A stretch of 64,000 nt of DNA, taken from contig OY970067.1 of assembly GCA_963705305.1 (NCBI GenBank), positions 4,480,001 through 4,544,000 on the forward strand, given 5' to 3'. The DNA is from an uncultured Methylomirabilota bacterium. GTDB taxonomy: Bacteria; Methylomirabilota; Methylomirabilia; Methylomirabilales; 2-02-FULL-66-22. This document shows, piece after piece, positions 1-11,483 of this stretch. How positions within the stretch are numbered: the stretch's first letter is position 1; the number at the start of each line of letters is the position of its first letter. Position numbers and translations under genes: made by a program. Under the pieces are notes generated by a model. That model was not told the origin of the DNA, searched no databases, and saw only the letters and a list, made by a program, of their open reading frames with translations.

Positions 1-1
1 G

Positions 2-325
2 GGGGGTGGTGGATTTTACGACGCCGAGGAGACCGTGACGGGGCCGGACGGCCGTTACAGTATCCGACCCCGCTTCACGTACACGATCCCCGGGGTCACC
101 GAGGTGCGCGGCCCCGAACTGGTCATCTTCAAGTCTGGCTACGGGCCGTGGCAACGGCGGCCGAGCGGGGACACGGAATTGATGGCCCTCCCGCCAGCAA
201 AAACGCCCGCGGAACGGTTAGAGGCATTGCGCGCGACGAATGATCCCGGGGACGTACCACCGGCTTACAAGAGGCTCCTCCAGGAAGCCATCAGGCAAGA
301 GCGAGAGTATCTCTGGCCGAAATGA
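2..325 (+). CDS. Hypothetical protein, 5'-truncated by the window edge (possible carboxypeptidase-regulatory-like beta-sandwich exported protein)
   Basis: Frame is open from base 2 (GGGGFYDAEETVTGPDGRYSI...VIFKSGY) and stops 9 nt before the next gene; the 'TxxDGxY...IFKxGY' pattern resembles carboxypeptidase-regulatory-like domains. Confidence 0.55.
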   Translation, partial: GGGGFYDAEETVTGPDGRYSIRPRFTYTIPGVTEVRGPELVIFKSGYGPWQRRPSGDTELMALPPAKTPAERLEALRATNDPGDVPPAYKRLLQEAIRQEREYLWPK

Positions 326-334
326 GGTGAAGGG

Positions 335-2841
335 ATGAAGCCAGGGTGTTTTGGGGTCTGGCTGGTGCTGCTCTTTGGCATTGTTCCGGCGGTTAACGCA
401 TACGATCGACTAAGCCACGAATTGATCACCCAACGGTCGGTCTCCATATCCGTGCTCAATAAAGTACTTGTAGCTCAACTGGGCTTACAGAAGGGGATCG
501 ATGAGAAGTTCCTAGGGACCATCATCCCTGGACCGCGCAGTGTCCAGCAACTCCTCGGGGATGGGGCTAACAGGGAGGATGTCCCGGATGTGCGCTGTCT
601 CAACCATTTCCACAATCCGCTCTTGCCATGGGAGGATGCCGGTCTCCGGGTGCTCGGCGGCCAGCGTGGTCAATCCTCCGTTCTCTGGCAGCAGAACACG
701 GCCCAGGATCCCAGCGGACAGGCGGGTGTGAACGGCGGGCAGTGGGCCTGGCGCGACGCGCGAGCCCGGTACCACACCGCACTCACAGGAATTGCAGAGA
801 GCGGCGGAACGCAAATCGCGCTGAGCAAAGACCAGGGGACCAGGCGCTCGCCGCAACCTTCGAGACCCTCGGCCATGTGGCGCACCTGGTGCAGGATGCA
901 ACGGTGCCCGCCCACGTGCGCAACGACGCACATCCCCTTTACGAGGGTTACGAGAGCTGGGTGGAAAAAGTACGGGAGCTCACGCGCACGGTACCATCTC
1001 TCAATGATGTTCCCAAGATCCCGACCATCGAATTCAGCGCCACGGGTCAAAGCCAGGCGCCCTCCCCAATCGCCCGCCTGATCGACGCCAATGTGTACAG
1101 TGGCTCTAATGCACAGGTCCTCGAGAGAATCGGCCTCGGCGCATCTGAGTACACCAATGGCAATTTCTTCAGCGGCGATACCATCTGCAAGGGCTTTCCG
1201 CTCCCCCGTTGTCCCCGGCCCCCGCTCACCGCAATAGAGGAGGGCGTCGGAACCTCCTCTAAACGCAATTACTACTCGAAACAGGGCGAGGGGGAAACAA
1301 TTCACCACTTCGTGGCGGAGGGTACGTTCCGCGAGAAAGTGATCAATCGGACCCTCCTCGAGGCAGCGCCCGGTTACGTGCTGGATGATCGGGTATACGA
1401 GGAGTACGCGACGCACCTTATTCCGCGAGCGGTGGGATACTCCGCCGCCCTCCTCGACTACTTCTTCCGCGCCGGGGAGTTCGATTTCTTCATCGAGCTC
1501 GACGAGAAGGATCCGACCCAGCTCTTGCTCCGGTTCCAGAATCTCTCCCCAAACGAAATGGTCGGAACCTTCACTCTGTATGCGGACACCGAGGACGGGA
1601 CGCGGCATAGTGTGGTGAGCCGCGGACCGGATAAATTGATGACCGTTGGGCAGAACGAGCCGATTCCCTTCCCGATCGACGCCCTGCCCCCTGGGGTCCA
1701 GCAGCTCGTCATGGTGTTCCATGGGACGCACGGGCCCGAGCCGAATGCGGTGGGGGGAGGGGTCAAGGCGTGGGAGATGCCCTTCATCCTTGCGAAGCAG
1801 GAGTTGGCGGAGTTCACGAGCACCACGACCGAGGACCGGGAAAGCGATCCGCTGTATCCCGGTAATCCATGGAAGAGCCGGTATAAGGACCCGGAGAAAC
1901 AGCTGGTCAAAGGCACCTTCGTTACCCCGGGGGACTCCCCGGCGGGCAAATACGTGAAGCGGGTGTGGCTCGATTACGGCGACTACCCAGGGTTCAGCAC
2001 TGTCCTCCGCCTGTTCGACAGCGAGGGCAGCCTGATTCCGTGGAACCCTGTGTCGTACAACGAAAATACCCTCACCGACCAGGCACCGGCCCGGTGGGAG
2101 ATCGAGGTTAACGCCCAGAGCATCTGGAATAGCACCAGACAGTACAACGAGGCCACCCAGCATTGGGACACCATCTCGTGGGTGACCCTCCCGCGCTGGG
2201 TGGTCATCGAGACGGTTGCCGGGACGATACTGAAGAACCCCTTGGTCTGGTGGAAGAGCAGCAGCGTAGGCAGCAGTGCCGGAACGACAGAACTTTCGCA
2301 GAACTGTACTGGCGGGTTTTGGGGTCCCTACTACTGTCTCGGCGGGAGCCTGACAAGCACCGATGTTCACGGGGAGCTCTTCTTCGGCGACGGGGATCTC
2401 CAGGGAAACGATCGTGACCCCTTGACCGGCCAGCCGTACCCCGTCGAGGGAACGGAGCACACAACCGTCCACTTCACGCCGGACGGCTCGGTCATGGGCC
2501 ACGCCGTGGGCACAACAGATAATAAATCTGGGACGTGGCCTCCCACGAAATATTGCGCAGTCTCCGAGGGAGAGTATTCTGCGGAATCCGCACATACCTT
2601 CCAGGCTCAGTCTCTCGACGGAGCGGTATGGGTGAAGGATACTTTCCACTACTCGGAGATGCATGGCCGCTTCAAGATCATCGAGGGACAGAGTTGTGTA
2701 GTCCCCGAACCGACCCCGCCCGACCTCCCGCCCTTCCCGGATGCCGTGACACTCAAGCGCGAGTACCTGCCCGCAGAAATCGCGTTCCTGCAGAAACTCG
2801 GCCTTCCGCCGGGGCCGGACTACACCATCACCCTTAAGTAA
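335..2841 (+). CDS. Secreted protein with N-terminal Zn-dependent phospholipase C/S1-P1 nuclease-like domain and long C-terminal region; one-base frameshift at ~835-838
   Basis: Signal peptide MKPGCFGVWLVLLFGIVPAVNA|YDRLSH, then ED...NHFHNP in the frame of ORF 335 and LGHVAHLVQDATVPAHVRNDAH...YE in the frame of ORF 628. Adding one base at CAGGGGAC joins them into ~835 aa. Confidence 0.6.
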
Positions 2842-2920
2842 TGGCATGCCAACAAAAATGAACCTTCCTGATCTCCCAGGCGTGGACGTTGCATTGACCC
2901 ATTTACGACTCATCCAGATT

Positions 2921-4000
2921 TGGGGGACGTTGTTGACTCAGTGGAATTCTTTTGACCCGCTTTTTTCGCTCCTAACCAGATAGGAGGGAAAGACAGACGA
3001 TGCCTCGTCAAGCGCGGCTCGATGCCCCCGGTACGTTGCACCACGTCATTCTCCGCGGACTTGAGCGTGGGGCGATAGTCGCCGATGAGGAGGACTGCGC
3101 GGCCTTCCTGGCGCGGCTGGGCGACGTCGCCGCAGCAACCGGGACCACCCTCTACGCCTGGGCCCTCTTGCCCAACCACGCCCACCTACTGCTGCGCAGC
3201 GGCCCGCAGGGCCTCCCGCGGTTTATGCGTCGGCTCCTCACCGGCTATGCCGTCACCTACAATCGTCGCCACAAGCGGATCGGTCATCTCTTCCAAAACC
3301 GCTATAAGTCCATCGTCGTCGAGGAGGACGCCTACTTCCGGGAACTCGTCCGTTATATCCACCTGAATCCTTACCGCGCAAAGCTCGTTCCAGACATCCG
3401 CGCGTTGGCGCAGTACCCCTGGTGTGGCCACCCAGGGATCCTGCGTCATGAGACCCCGCTATGGCACGATCGGACGTACGTGCTGTCCTGGTTTGGACGG
3501 ACGGAGCGCGCAGCGGTCCGTGCCTACCGCGAATTCCTGCGGGATGGGATCGCGCAGGGCCGCCGCCCCGATCTCGTGGGTGGCGGGTTAATCCGCTCGC
3601 GTGGAGGCTGGGCAGAGGTCCGCGCCATCCGCCAGCGGGAAGATCGGGTGCTGGCCGATCCGCGCGTCCTCGGGAGTGGCGCGTTCGTCGAGCGGATGTT
3701 GGCCGCTGGGGATACCCGCCAGCAGTCGTGGCGGGCCCGGAAGCAACAACTGCGGCAGGCCACAGTGAGCATCCGCCAGCACTGCCGGCGCGGCGGGGTC
3801 AGTCCGGCAGAACTCCACGGAGGGAGCCGGCGGAGGCGGGTCGCCGTCGTGCGGACGGTGCTGGCAGTCTACCTTGTGACGGAACTCGGGCTCTCCCTTG
3901 CGGATGCGGCCCGGCAGCTCGGCGTGTCGACCTCGGGGATTTCCAAAGCGGTCGCCAGGGGGGAACAAGCATCTGTCCACTGAGTCAACAACGTCCCCCA
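2921..4000 (+). mobile_element. RAYT/IS200-like element bounded by perfect 25-bp terminal inverted repeats
   Basis: TGGGGGACGTTGTTGACTCAGTGGA at 2921-2945 and its exact reverse complement at 3976-4000 flank the transposase ORF. Confidence 0.85.
3000..3983 (+). CDS. REP-associated tyrosine (HUH, Y1) transposase with C-terminal HTH
   Basis: MPRQAR...HHVILRG, HUH motif PNHAHLL, HLFQNRYKS, YIHLNP, YPW; C-terminal helix-turn-helix SLADAARQLGVSTSGIS. Confidence 0.9.
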   Translation: MPRQARLDAPGTLHHVILRGLERGAIVADEEDCAAFLARLGDVAAATGTTLYAWALLPNHAHLLLRSGPQGLPRFMRRLLTGYAVTYNRRHKRIGHLFQNRYKSIVVEEDAYFRELVRYIHLNPYRAKLVPDIRALAQYPWCGHPGILRHETPLWHDRTYVLSWFGRTERAAVRAYREFLRDGIAQGRRPDLVGGGLIRSRGGWAEVRAIRQREDRVLADPRVLGSGAFVERMLAAGDTRQQSWRARKQQLRQATVSIRQHCRRGGVSPAELHGGSRRRRVAVVRTVLAVYLVTELGLSLADAARQLGVSTSGISKAVARGEQASVH

Positions 4001-4292
4001 GAACTGAAGCCCTTCACCGAGTCCGGGGTGATCGATATCCCTTCGGTGCTGCAAGGCGCCTGCAGCCTAGCCGGATTCACGGCCATCCGATCCAACGTCA
4101 CTTGAGGGACATGGTATACGGCGCCAAAAGAGAAGAGAGGGGCCACGCCCAACGACATGGATTGGGACACCGCCCGCGAGGCGTAGCTCCATGCGCTGAC
4201 CATAGAGGCTCGCGGGGAGCGCGAGGGGTGGCCGCCCCCTGGGCCACCGCCAGGGGGCGGGTTCTCATTGCTCGAGTAGAACGTTGGCTTCC

Positions 4293-6203
4293 CTACCACC
4301 CCACCGCTTCGCCATCCTTCCGGTGGTCGGAGCCGGCGCGGTAGAAGCCGTTGATGGGGGTCTGGTCGCCCGGGGCCATTCGCGGCGCCGGCTCGTTCGG
4401 GTCGGGCGTGAACATGATTGCCTGGTAGCCGCCCACCGCACCGCCGTTTGTCAACGACACGTCGTGGCCCATGGCGCGCAGGGCTGCCCCCATGGTGGTC
4501 CCGCTCTGCAGGGGAAGGTCGTACAGCTGGGACTCCAGGTACAGCTTGTTCGAGACCTCGTTGTGGTAGAAGCGGGCCATATCGGTCGCCGCCTGCACAT
4601 TCGCGCCGAGGTCCAGCATGTTCACCAGCACCTGGGCATGCCCCTGCGGCTGCATGTCGCCGCCCATCACGCCGAACGTCATCAGCGGCCTGCCGTCCTT
4701 CATCACGAACCCCGCCGAGATGGTGTCGTAGGGCCGCTTGTGCGGCGCGATGGCGTTCGGATGGTCCGGATTCAGGGTGAACTGCGCTCCCCGGCTATTG
4801 AGGACAAAGCCGTATCCGGGGATCGTCACGCCGGTCCCGAACAGTGTGAAGTTGCTGTTGACCCACGACACCATGTTCCCCCACCGATCGGCCGTCGTGA
4901 GATAGATTGTGTCCGCGTCGCGCTTGAGGTTCACCGTGGGGGCCGGGGTAAAGGCGGGGCCGTTCGGCTGAACCTTTTTGCACAGCGTGGCGGCATACTC
5001 TTTTGAGATCAGCTTCTGGAACAGCTGCTGCTGCTTCGCATCCCAGGTCCTCGGGTCGGAGTTGTAGTTATAGAGGTCGATGAAGGCCAGCTTCTTCGCC
5101 TCCACCAGCAGGTGCCAGTACTGGGGATTCGCCGGCCCGAGGTCGGCCAGGGTCTTGCCGGGGATCCAGGTGGGCACGCACACCTCGAGGATGTTCAGGA
5201 TCTCCAGGGTGTTCCAGGCCTGGGACGGGGCCATCGTCTCGTAGATGTCGTATCCATGGTAGGTGGTCGAGGGAGGAGTCACCCATTCGCCGTAATAGTT
5301 TGCGAGATCCTCCAGCGTCATCGTCCCGCCCAGCGCCGCGGACTTGGCCACGATGGCGCTGGCAATCTCCCCCTTGTAGAATGCGTCGCGCCCCCCCTGC
5401 TGGAGCAGGCGGAAGGTCCGGGCCAGATCGCGGTTCCTGAAGATATCTCCGGCCTTCGGGGGTTGGCCGTTCCGGTACCAGGTGTCGACAGAATCCGGAT
5501 CCGGCCGGGTGCAGCCGGCCTGGGGGCTGCAGTCCACGGCGTTGGGAAGGTGCCAGCTATCTGCAATCACCTCCGAAACCGGGAAGCCGTTCTGGGCGTA
5601 GTCAACGGCCGGCTGCAGGACCTCCTTGAAGGTCATGGTGCCGAATTTCCGGAGCGCCTCATCCCACCCCCAGGCCGCACTGGGGACGGGCGCCGACAGG
5701 ATCCCGTACACCGGCATCCCCGACCCATACCCCCAGTTCTTGGGGTCGTACGCATAGCCGAGGCCGTTGTACCGCTGTATTGTCGCGCCGGTGGGCATCA
5801 TGCCGCCGGCATTGAGCTGGTACACCTTCTTCTCTTTGGCGATGTAGAAGATCGCGAAGAGGTCGCCGCCCACGCCGACCATCATCGGCTCGACCACGTT
5901 GAGCGCCGCCGCCGTCGCTACCGCGGCATCGATGGCATTCCCGCCTGCCATGAGAATCCGCAGACCCGCCTGGGCCGCCAGCGCCTGGCTGGCCGAGACC
6001 ACGCCGTGGCGAGCCATCACCTCCGAGCGACCCTGCGCCAGCCACCCGCCGGGCCGGTCCCCCCGGGCGGCCTTGCACCAGAGCGGCGGCGAACTTCCCT
6101 CGCACGGCTTCACCGGCGATTGGGCGAGGCTGACGCTTGACACAAAGAGAAGGGGCGCCAGAACCGCGACATAGAACAGGAACAGCCACGGTTTCCTCAT
6201 CAC
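4293..6203 (-). CDS. ggt: Gamma-glutamyltransferase family protein (exported)
   Basis: Signal peptide; GGNAIDAAVA, GGDLFA, autoprocessing nucleophile DTIYLTTAD, FGVMGGDMQPQGH, GSDHRKDG. Confidence 0.93.
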   Translation of the reverse strand: MMRKPWLFLFYVAVLAPLLFVSSVSLAQSPVKPCEGSSPPLWCKAARGDRPGGWLAQGRSEVMARHGVVSASQALAAQAGLRILMAGGNAIDAAVATAAALNVVEPMMVGVGGDLFAIFYIAKEKKVYQLNAGGMMPTGATIQRYNGLGYAYDPKNWGYGSGMPVYGILSAPVPSAAWGWDEALRKFGTMTFKEVLQPAVDYAQNGFPVSEVIADSWHLPNAVDCSPQAGCTRPDPDSVDTWYRNGQPPKAGDIFRNRDLARTFRLLQQGGRDAFYKGEIASAIVAKSAALGGTMTLEDLANYYGEWVTPPSTTYHGYDIYETMAPSQAWNTLEILNILEVCVPTWIPGKTLADLGPANPQYWHLLVEAKKLAFIDLYNYNSDPRTWDAKQQQLFQKLISKEYAATLCKKVQPNGPAFTPAPTVNLKRDADTIYLTTADRWGNMVSWVNSNFTLFGTGVTIPGYGFVLNSRGAQFTLNPDHPNAIAPHKRPYDTISAGFVMKDGRPLMTFGVMGGDMQPQGHAQVLVNMLDLGANVQAATDMARFYHNEVSNKLYLESQLYDLPLQSGTTMGAALRAMGHDVSLTNGGAVGGYQAIMFTPDPNEPAPRMAPGDQTPINGFYRAGSDHRKDGEAVGW

Positions 6204-6518
6204 GGCTCTCCTTTCCCTGCCGACCGGAGATCCCGGTCGATCACCAAGACGCTCCCCTCTCCCTTGGAGGCTCCTGGAGGAAAATTCTCCGTCCGGCCCA
6301 GGTGCGAAGTCAACGGCTTAGTCCCTCTGGTATTAAGGACAGGCCCGCAGGGACTTCTGGAGTCATTCCGAGAGGATTGTCTCTCAGTACAATCGCCGAC
6401 CCAAAGCGGGACACACCGACGATCATGCCCAATCGGCCGATGGAGTCGGCACTACGCGAGGGCGCGCTTGGCGCGTCCGTCGGGGGCGTGGGCTCTGATT
6501 CTTCGACTTGCTGAAAAA

Positions 6519-6542
6519 GTCTATTAAGTCTACTACGTCCCC
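6519..6542 (+). repeat. Degenerate solo copy of the transposase element's right end
   Basis: GTCTATTAAGTCTACTACGTCCCC matches GTCCACTGAGTCAACAACGTCCCC (3975-3998) at 19/24 positions with the ACGTCCCC end intact. Confidence 0.55.
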
Positions 6543-6726
6543 TTTCTTGTCCGTTGCGGATCCTATCCTAGGATGCCAGAATCATCCGGCAGAGGACACG
6601 GCAGCTAGGATCGATCGGACTCGCACGTTGGCGATTCGCGGCACGGGTCGAGACAGCGATCCCCCGGGCCGCCGGCATCGGGCTTCCACTTCTGAGCACT
6701 GGGAGATGTGACACGGAGGGAAGATC

Positions 6727-7461
6727 ATGACTGCGATTACCTCGCGGTACCTCACCTTGCCGGTAGCGGACGGGACCACCATGCGGACCTATCTTTCCCG
6801 GCCCCAGGAGAAGGGGCCGCAGCCCGGCCTGCTGGTGTTTCAGGAAGCCTTCGGGGTCAATGCGCATATCCGGGACGTCACCGACCGGTTCGCCCGGTCG
6901 GGCTATGTGGCACTCGCCTGCGAGCTCTTCCACCGGACGGCCCCGGGATTTGAAGGCGCGTACGGCGAGATCGACAGGGCCCTGGAAAATGTCCGGGCGC
7001 TGACGCAGGCCGGCCTCGAGGCGGATGTCGATGCGGGCTACGCCTGGCTGCAGTCCGAGGCGGGGGCACCCCGGCAGCCGGTCGCGGCTGTCGGTTTTTG
7101 CATGGGCGGCCGGGTGGCCTTCCTGGCCAACGCGCGGCTCCCCCTGGCTGCGGCGGTCTCGTTTTACGGTGGAGGCATTGCGCCCGGATCCCAGGGGCCG
7201 GGGCTGCTGGACCGCACCCCGGACCTCCACGGGGCGATGCTGTTCTTCTGGGGCCTCCGGGACCCCCACATCGGGATCGAGCCCCCCCGCGCGGTAGCGG
7301 ACGCCCTCCGGCAGGCCGGGAAGCCATTTACGACTGTCGAGTTCTCGGAGGCCGATCACGGCTTCTTCTGCGATGCTCGGCCCAGCTACCACCCCGCCGC
7401 GGCCGCGCAGGCCTGGGTGCTCACGAGCGAGTTCCTCCGGCTTTCTCTCCGGCGAGGCTGA
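6727..7461 (+). CDS. Dienelactone hydrolase family protein
   Basis: QEAFGVN, nucleophile elbow GFCMGG, FYGG, DHGFFCD; RBS GGAGGG upstream. Confidence 0.93.
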   Translation: MTAITSRYLTLPVADGTTMRTYLSRPQEKGPQPGLLVFQEAFGVNAHIRDVTDRFARSGYVALACELFHRTAPGFEGAYGEIDRALENVRALTQAGLEADVDAGYAWLQSEAGAPRQPVAAVGFCMGGRVAFLANARLPLAAAVSFYGGGIAPGSQGPGLLDRTPDLHGAMLFFWGLRDPHIGIEPPRAVADALRQAGKPFTTVEFSEADHGFFCDARPSYHPAAAAQAWVLTSEFLRLSLRRG

Positions 7462-7523
7462 CGGAGCAACCTCGATAAGGAGGCGGTGGTCCCGGCGTAT
7501 GGATCATCCGCAGGGTGTGGAAG

Positions 7524-7669
7524 AAGGTACCGGACACCTTTCGCGGGCTAAAGGCGTGATTTCCTGGGGGACGGGTTTGCCTTCGTCGCCCGCGCGGTAG
7601 GCCCGGAAGAATAGATTTCGTTTCTCCACAATTTCGCGCACTTGGCGGCTGAAAGGTGTCCGGTACCTT
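7524..7669. repeat. Small element bounded by a perfect 19-bp inverted repeat
   Basis: AAGGTACCGGACACCTTTC (7524-7542) and GAAAGGTGTCCGGTACCTT (7651-7669) between two convergent genes. Confidence 0.75.
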
Positions 7670-7690
7670 TCGAAGGAAATGGGCGGATTT

Positions 7691-8296
7691 CTATGGGGAG
7701 CGCTGCTGGGGCGCAGTATTCCGGGTGATCGTAACCGCCTCCCACGGGGTATGCGGGTAGCGGCGCGATGGCCCCCCCGGTACTGAATACCAATAGTCGA
7801 GTTTCACGCGATAGCCGACATCCGTTGATATATAGTCGGTCCAGATGCTGTGGTAGGGGCCGTTCGTCTGCCGCTCGTCGTAAACCACCACATAGACAGG
7901 AAAGGTTCCCGCCGGCACCGTGATGTCCTTCCTTTCGGTGACGGTATACGTGGAGGCCCACGCGTAGTTCCCGCTTTCCGCCGAAAACCGAACGACCTTG
8001 CCCACTTCGAGGGGCCATAGCTTGGCGATTTCGTCCTTGGCGGCGTTATAACACATGCTGCCTACCCCTGTGACCAAACCGAAGTATCCGATATCGTGTG
8101 GCGGCCGCCCGGGCGCGGACAACGTCACCCAGCAGTACAAGCCATCGCCCCCCTTGATGGTATGGGTCTCATTTATCGAGGTGACGATGACCGTCCCCGG
8201 CGCCGGGCACGCGCCGGGCGCCCTTTCCGCGGCGAGCGCCGGTGGGACGAGGCACTGGAACAGCACGACAACTCCCAGGAGCGTGCGGATGGACAT
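7691..8296 (-). CDS. Hypothetical exported protein
   Basis: Signal peptide MSIRTLLGVVVLFQCLVPPALA after RBS AGGAGGAAAGG; contains an ITVPAGTF beta-strand motif. Confidence 0.65.
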   Translation of the reverse strand: MSIRTLLGVVVLFQCLVPPALAAERAPGACPAPGTVIVTSINETHTIKGGDGLYCWVTLSAPGRPPHDIGYFGLVTGVGSMCYNAAKDEIAKLWPLEVGKVVRFSAESGNYAWASTYTVTERKDITVPAGTFPVYVVVYDERQTNGPYHSIWTDYISTDVGYRVKLDYWYSVPGGPSRRYPHTPWEAVTITRNTAPQQRSP

Positions 8297-8497
8297 CGGT
8301 CCTTTCCTCCTCAGATGAAGGAAGCGTCGGGCCACTGCCGCCATCGCTTTTGGAGGCCAATTCCAGGCCGAGATACACTATTGGGTGAAGCGGAGATGCC
8401 TGTCAAGAGGAAAGGCGCGGCGGTCGACCGCACCTGAGCCAGGGCCAAGGGGCGCTCACTGGTCCGCGCGACAAGGGCCCGCGCCGGCGAGCGGGGG

Positions 8498-8732
8498 TTA
8501 CCCTTTCACCTTCAGGCGGGACTCGTTCTCGGCGATGAAGGCCCTGATCTCATCCGCCATCGCCAGCAGGCGGAGCCACTGCTCCTTGTAGAGGGTGACG
8601 GGGAAGCGGCCCAGGCCGTACACCGATACGGCCCCCTTCTCGCTGACCTTGAGCCGCGCGGCGCCGGTTGCCCTGGCCTTGAGCGCCTCGTTCTCTGCCC
8701 GCAGCCGCGCCAGCTCCGTAGCCACATCCTGC

Positions 8733-8740
<8 letters not shown>
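8498..8740 (-). CDS. Small hypothetical protein (coiled coil plus KVSEKGAVSVYGLGRFPVTLYKEQW), coupled to prfB
   Basis: 80-aa ORF with good RBS and codon usage; overlaps the prfB stop by 8 nt. Confidence 0.8.
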
Positions 8741-9873
<1,133 letters not shown>

Positions 9874-9889
9874 CGCCGCCTCCTCGTCC

Positions 9890-11479
9890 TCAGGCGCCCC
9901 CGGGCCGGCGCCCCACCCAGTCTGCGGCTGGGTACCCGGCGCGCCACACAACCGCCGCATATCCCACCATCCAGACCAGACAGGCCCACCCGAGCACGTC
10001 CCCGTAGCGGGTGTACGGGGTCGTTCCCAGGCGGGGTCGGATGGTTCCCACCAGCACGGCCTCGGTGAAGATCGGAGTCTGAGCCAGGATCTCCCCCGTC
10101 GGCGCCACCACGGCCGTCACCCCGGTGTTGGCGGCCCGCACCAGGTAGGTGCCGTTCTCCACCGCCCGCATGGCCGCCATGGCCAGGTGCTGGTAGGGGG
10201 CCCCGCTCCGCCCGAACCAGGCGTCGTTGGTGATGTTCACCAGCAACTGGGCGCCCCGCTCCACGAACTCCCGCACCTCGGCCGGGAAGATTGCCTCATA
10301 ACAGATCATCACGCTGAAGCGCAGCCCGTCCAGCGAGGACACGGTCGCCGTGCGTCCCCGGCCGAAGTCGCCGATGCCGTAGGCGAGCTTGTGGACGAAG
10401 AACAGCAGCGACTGGAGCGGCACGTACTCGCCGAAGGGCACCAGGTGCCGCTTGTCGTACCGGCCCAGCAGCCGTCCATCCGGCGCGACCAGGAAGGCCG
10501 CATTGTAGAGCAGCCGGTCCTCTTCCAGGTCGGGGCTCCCGATGACATTCGCGACGTGCGTTTCCTGAACGATCTGCACGACGCGCTGGCCCAGGGCGGC
10601 GTCGTAGCGCAGCAGGAATGGGACCGCCGCTTCCGGCCAGACGATCAGCTGCGCGCCATCCGCGGCGGCCTGACGGGCCAGCCTCTCGTAGATATCCAGG
10701 GTAGCCTGCTGGTAGGTCGGGCTCCACTTCTCTGCCTGGTCGATGTTCCCCTGGAGCAGGCCCACCCGGAACGGGGCTCCTCCGGTCACATCCCGCCAGA
10801 CGCCGTGGGCGTATCCGACCGTGACCAGGATCGCCAGGACCGCCCCCGCCGCCGCTCCCGCTCCCCGCCAGCGCTCCCGCCTGGCCCCCCCGCGGAGCGT
10901 CGCCTGGGCCAAGTCGGCCAGCGCGGCGTTGACCAGGACCAGAAGGAACGAGATCCCGTACACCCCGGTGGCCGCCGCCAGGAGCCGGACCGTCGGCTGC
11001 CGGTACTGGGTGTATCCCAGCAGGGCCCAGGGGAAGCCGGAAAAAAGATACGTCCGCAGAAACTCCAGCCCCGTCCACAGCGCCGCCGCCGCCCACGGCC
11101 AGAGGGCCCGGGAGAGGTGCAGCCGCTCCCGCCCCAGGCACCACAGCCAGGTGAAGGCGGCCACGTACGCCGCCAGCACCCCGCACAAGAGCAGCAGCAC
11201 ACTCACACTGAGGGCCAGGGGCATCCGGCCGTAGGCGGTCATGGTGTTGATGACCCACCAGATGGCGGCGAGGAAGAAGGCGAGCCCGCCGAGATACCCC
11301 AGCGCCGCACCGCGCCAGGGCGGGAGCCCGTCCACGGCCAGGAGCAACGGCACCAGCCCCACAAAACCCAGCCAGCCCAGGTCCCAGGGGGGAAAAGCAG
11401 CCGCCAGGACGAGCCCGCTCAGAATCGCCAGGCTCAGACGCATGCCGAGAGCAGCGCCCGGGCTGCGACCCGTCTCCAT
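9890..11479 (-). CDS. lnt: Apolipoprotein N-acyltransferase
   Basis: N-terminal TM helices; QGNI, WPEAA, KRHLVPFGEYVP, ICYEAIF, TNDAWF, RAANTG. Confidence 0.96.
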   Translation of the reverse strand: METGRSPGAALGMRLSLAILSGLVLAAAFPPWDLGWLGFVGLVPLLLAVDGLPPWRGAALGYLGGLAFFLAAIWWVINTMTAYGRMPLALSVSVLLLLCGVLAAYVAAFTWLWCLGRERLHLSRALWPWAAAALWTGLEFLRTYLFSGFPWALLGYTQYRQPTVRLLAAATGVYGISFLLVLVNAALADLAQATLRGGARRERWRGAGAAAGAVLAILVTVGYAHGVWRDVTGGAPFRVGLLQGNIDQAEKWSPTYQQATLDIYERLARQAAADGAQLIVWPEAAVPFLLRYDAALGQRVVQIVQETHVANVIGSPDLEEDRLLYNAAFLVAPDGRLLGRYDKRHLVPFGEYVPLQSLLFFVHKLAYGIGDFGRGRTATVSSLDGLRFSVMICYEAIFPAEVREFVERGAQLLVNITNDAWFGRSGAPYQHLAMAAMRAVENGTYLVRAANTGVTAVVAPTGEILAQTPIFTEAVLVGTIRPRLGTTPYTRYGDVLGWACLVWMVGYAAVVWRAGYPAADWVGRRPGGA

Positions 11480-11483
11480 TCCC

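Noticed and set aside
670..2913. 747-aa minus-strand ORF, and similar long antisense ORFs such as 29992-32181, 37192-39522, 49886-51820 and 59777-62449
   Set aside because: Shadow ORFs of real genes, expected from high-GC codon bias
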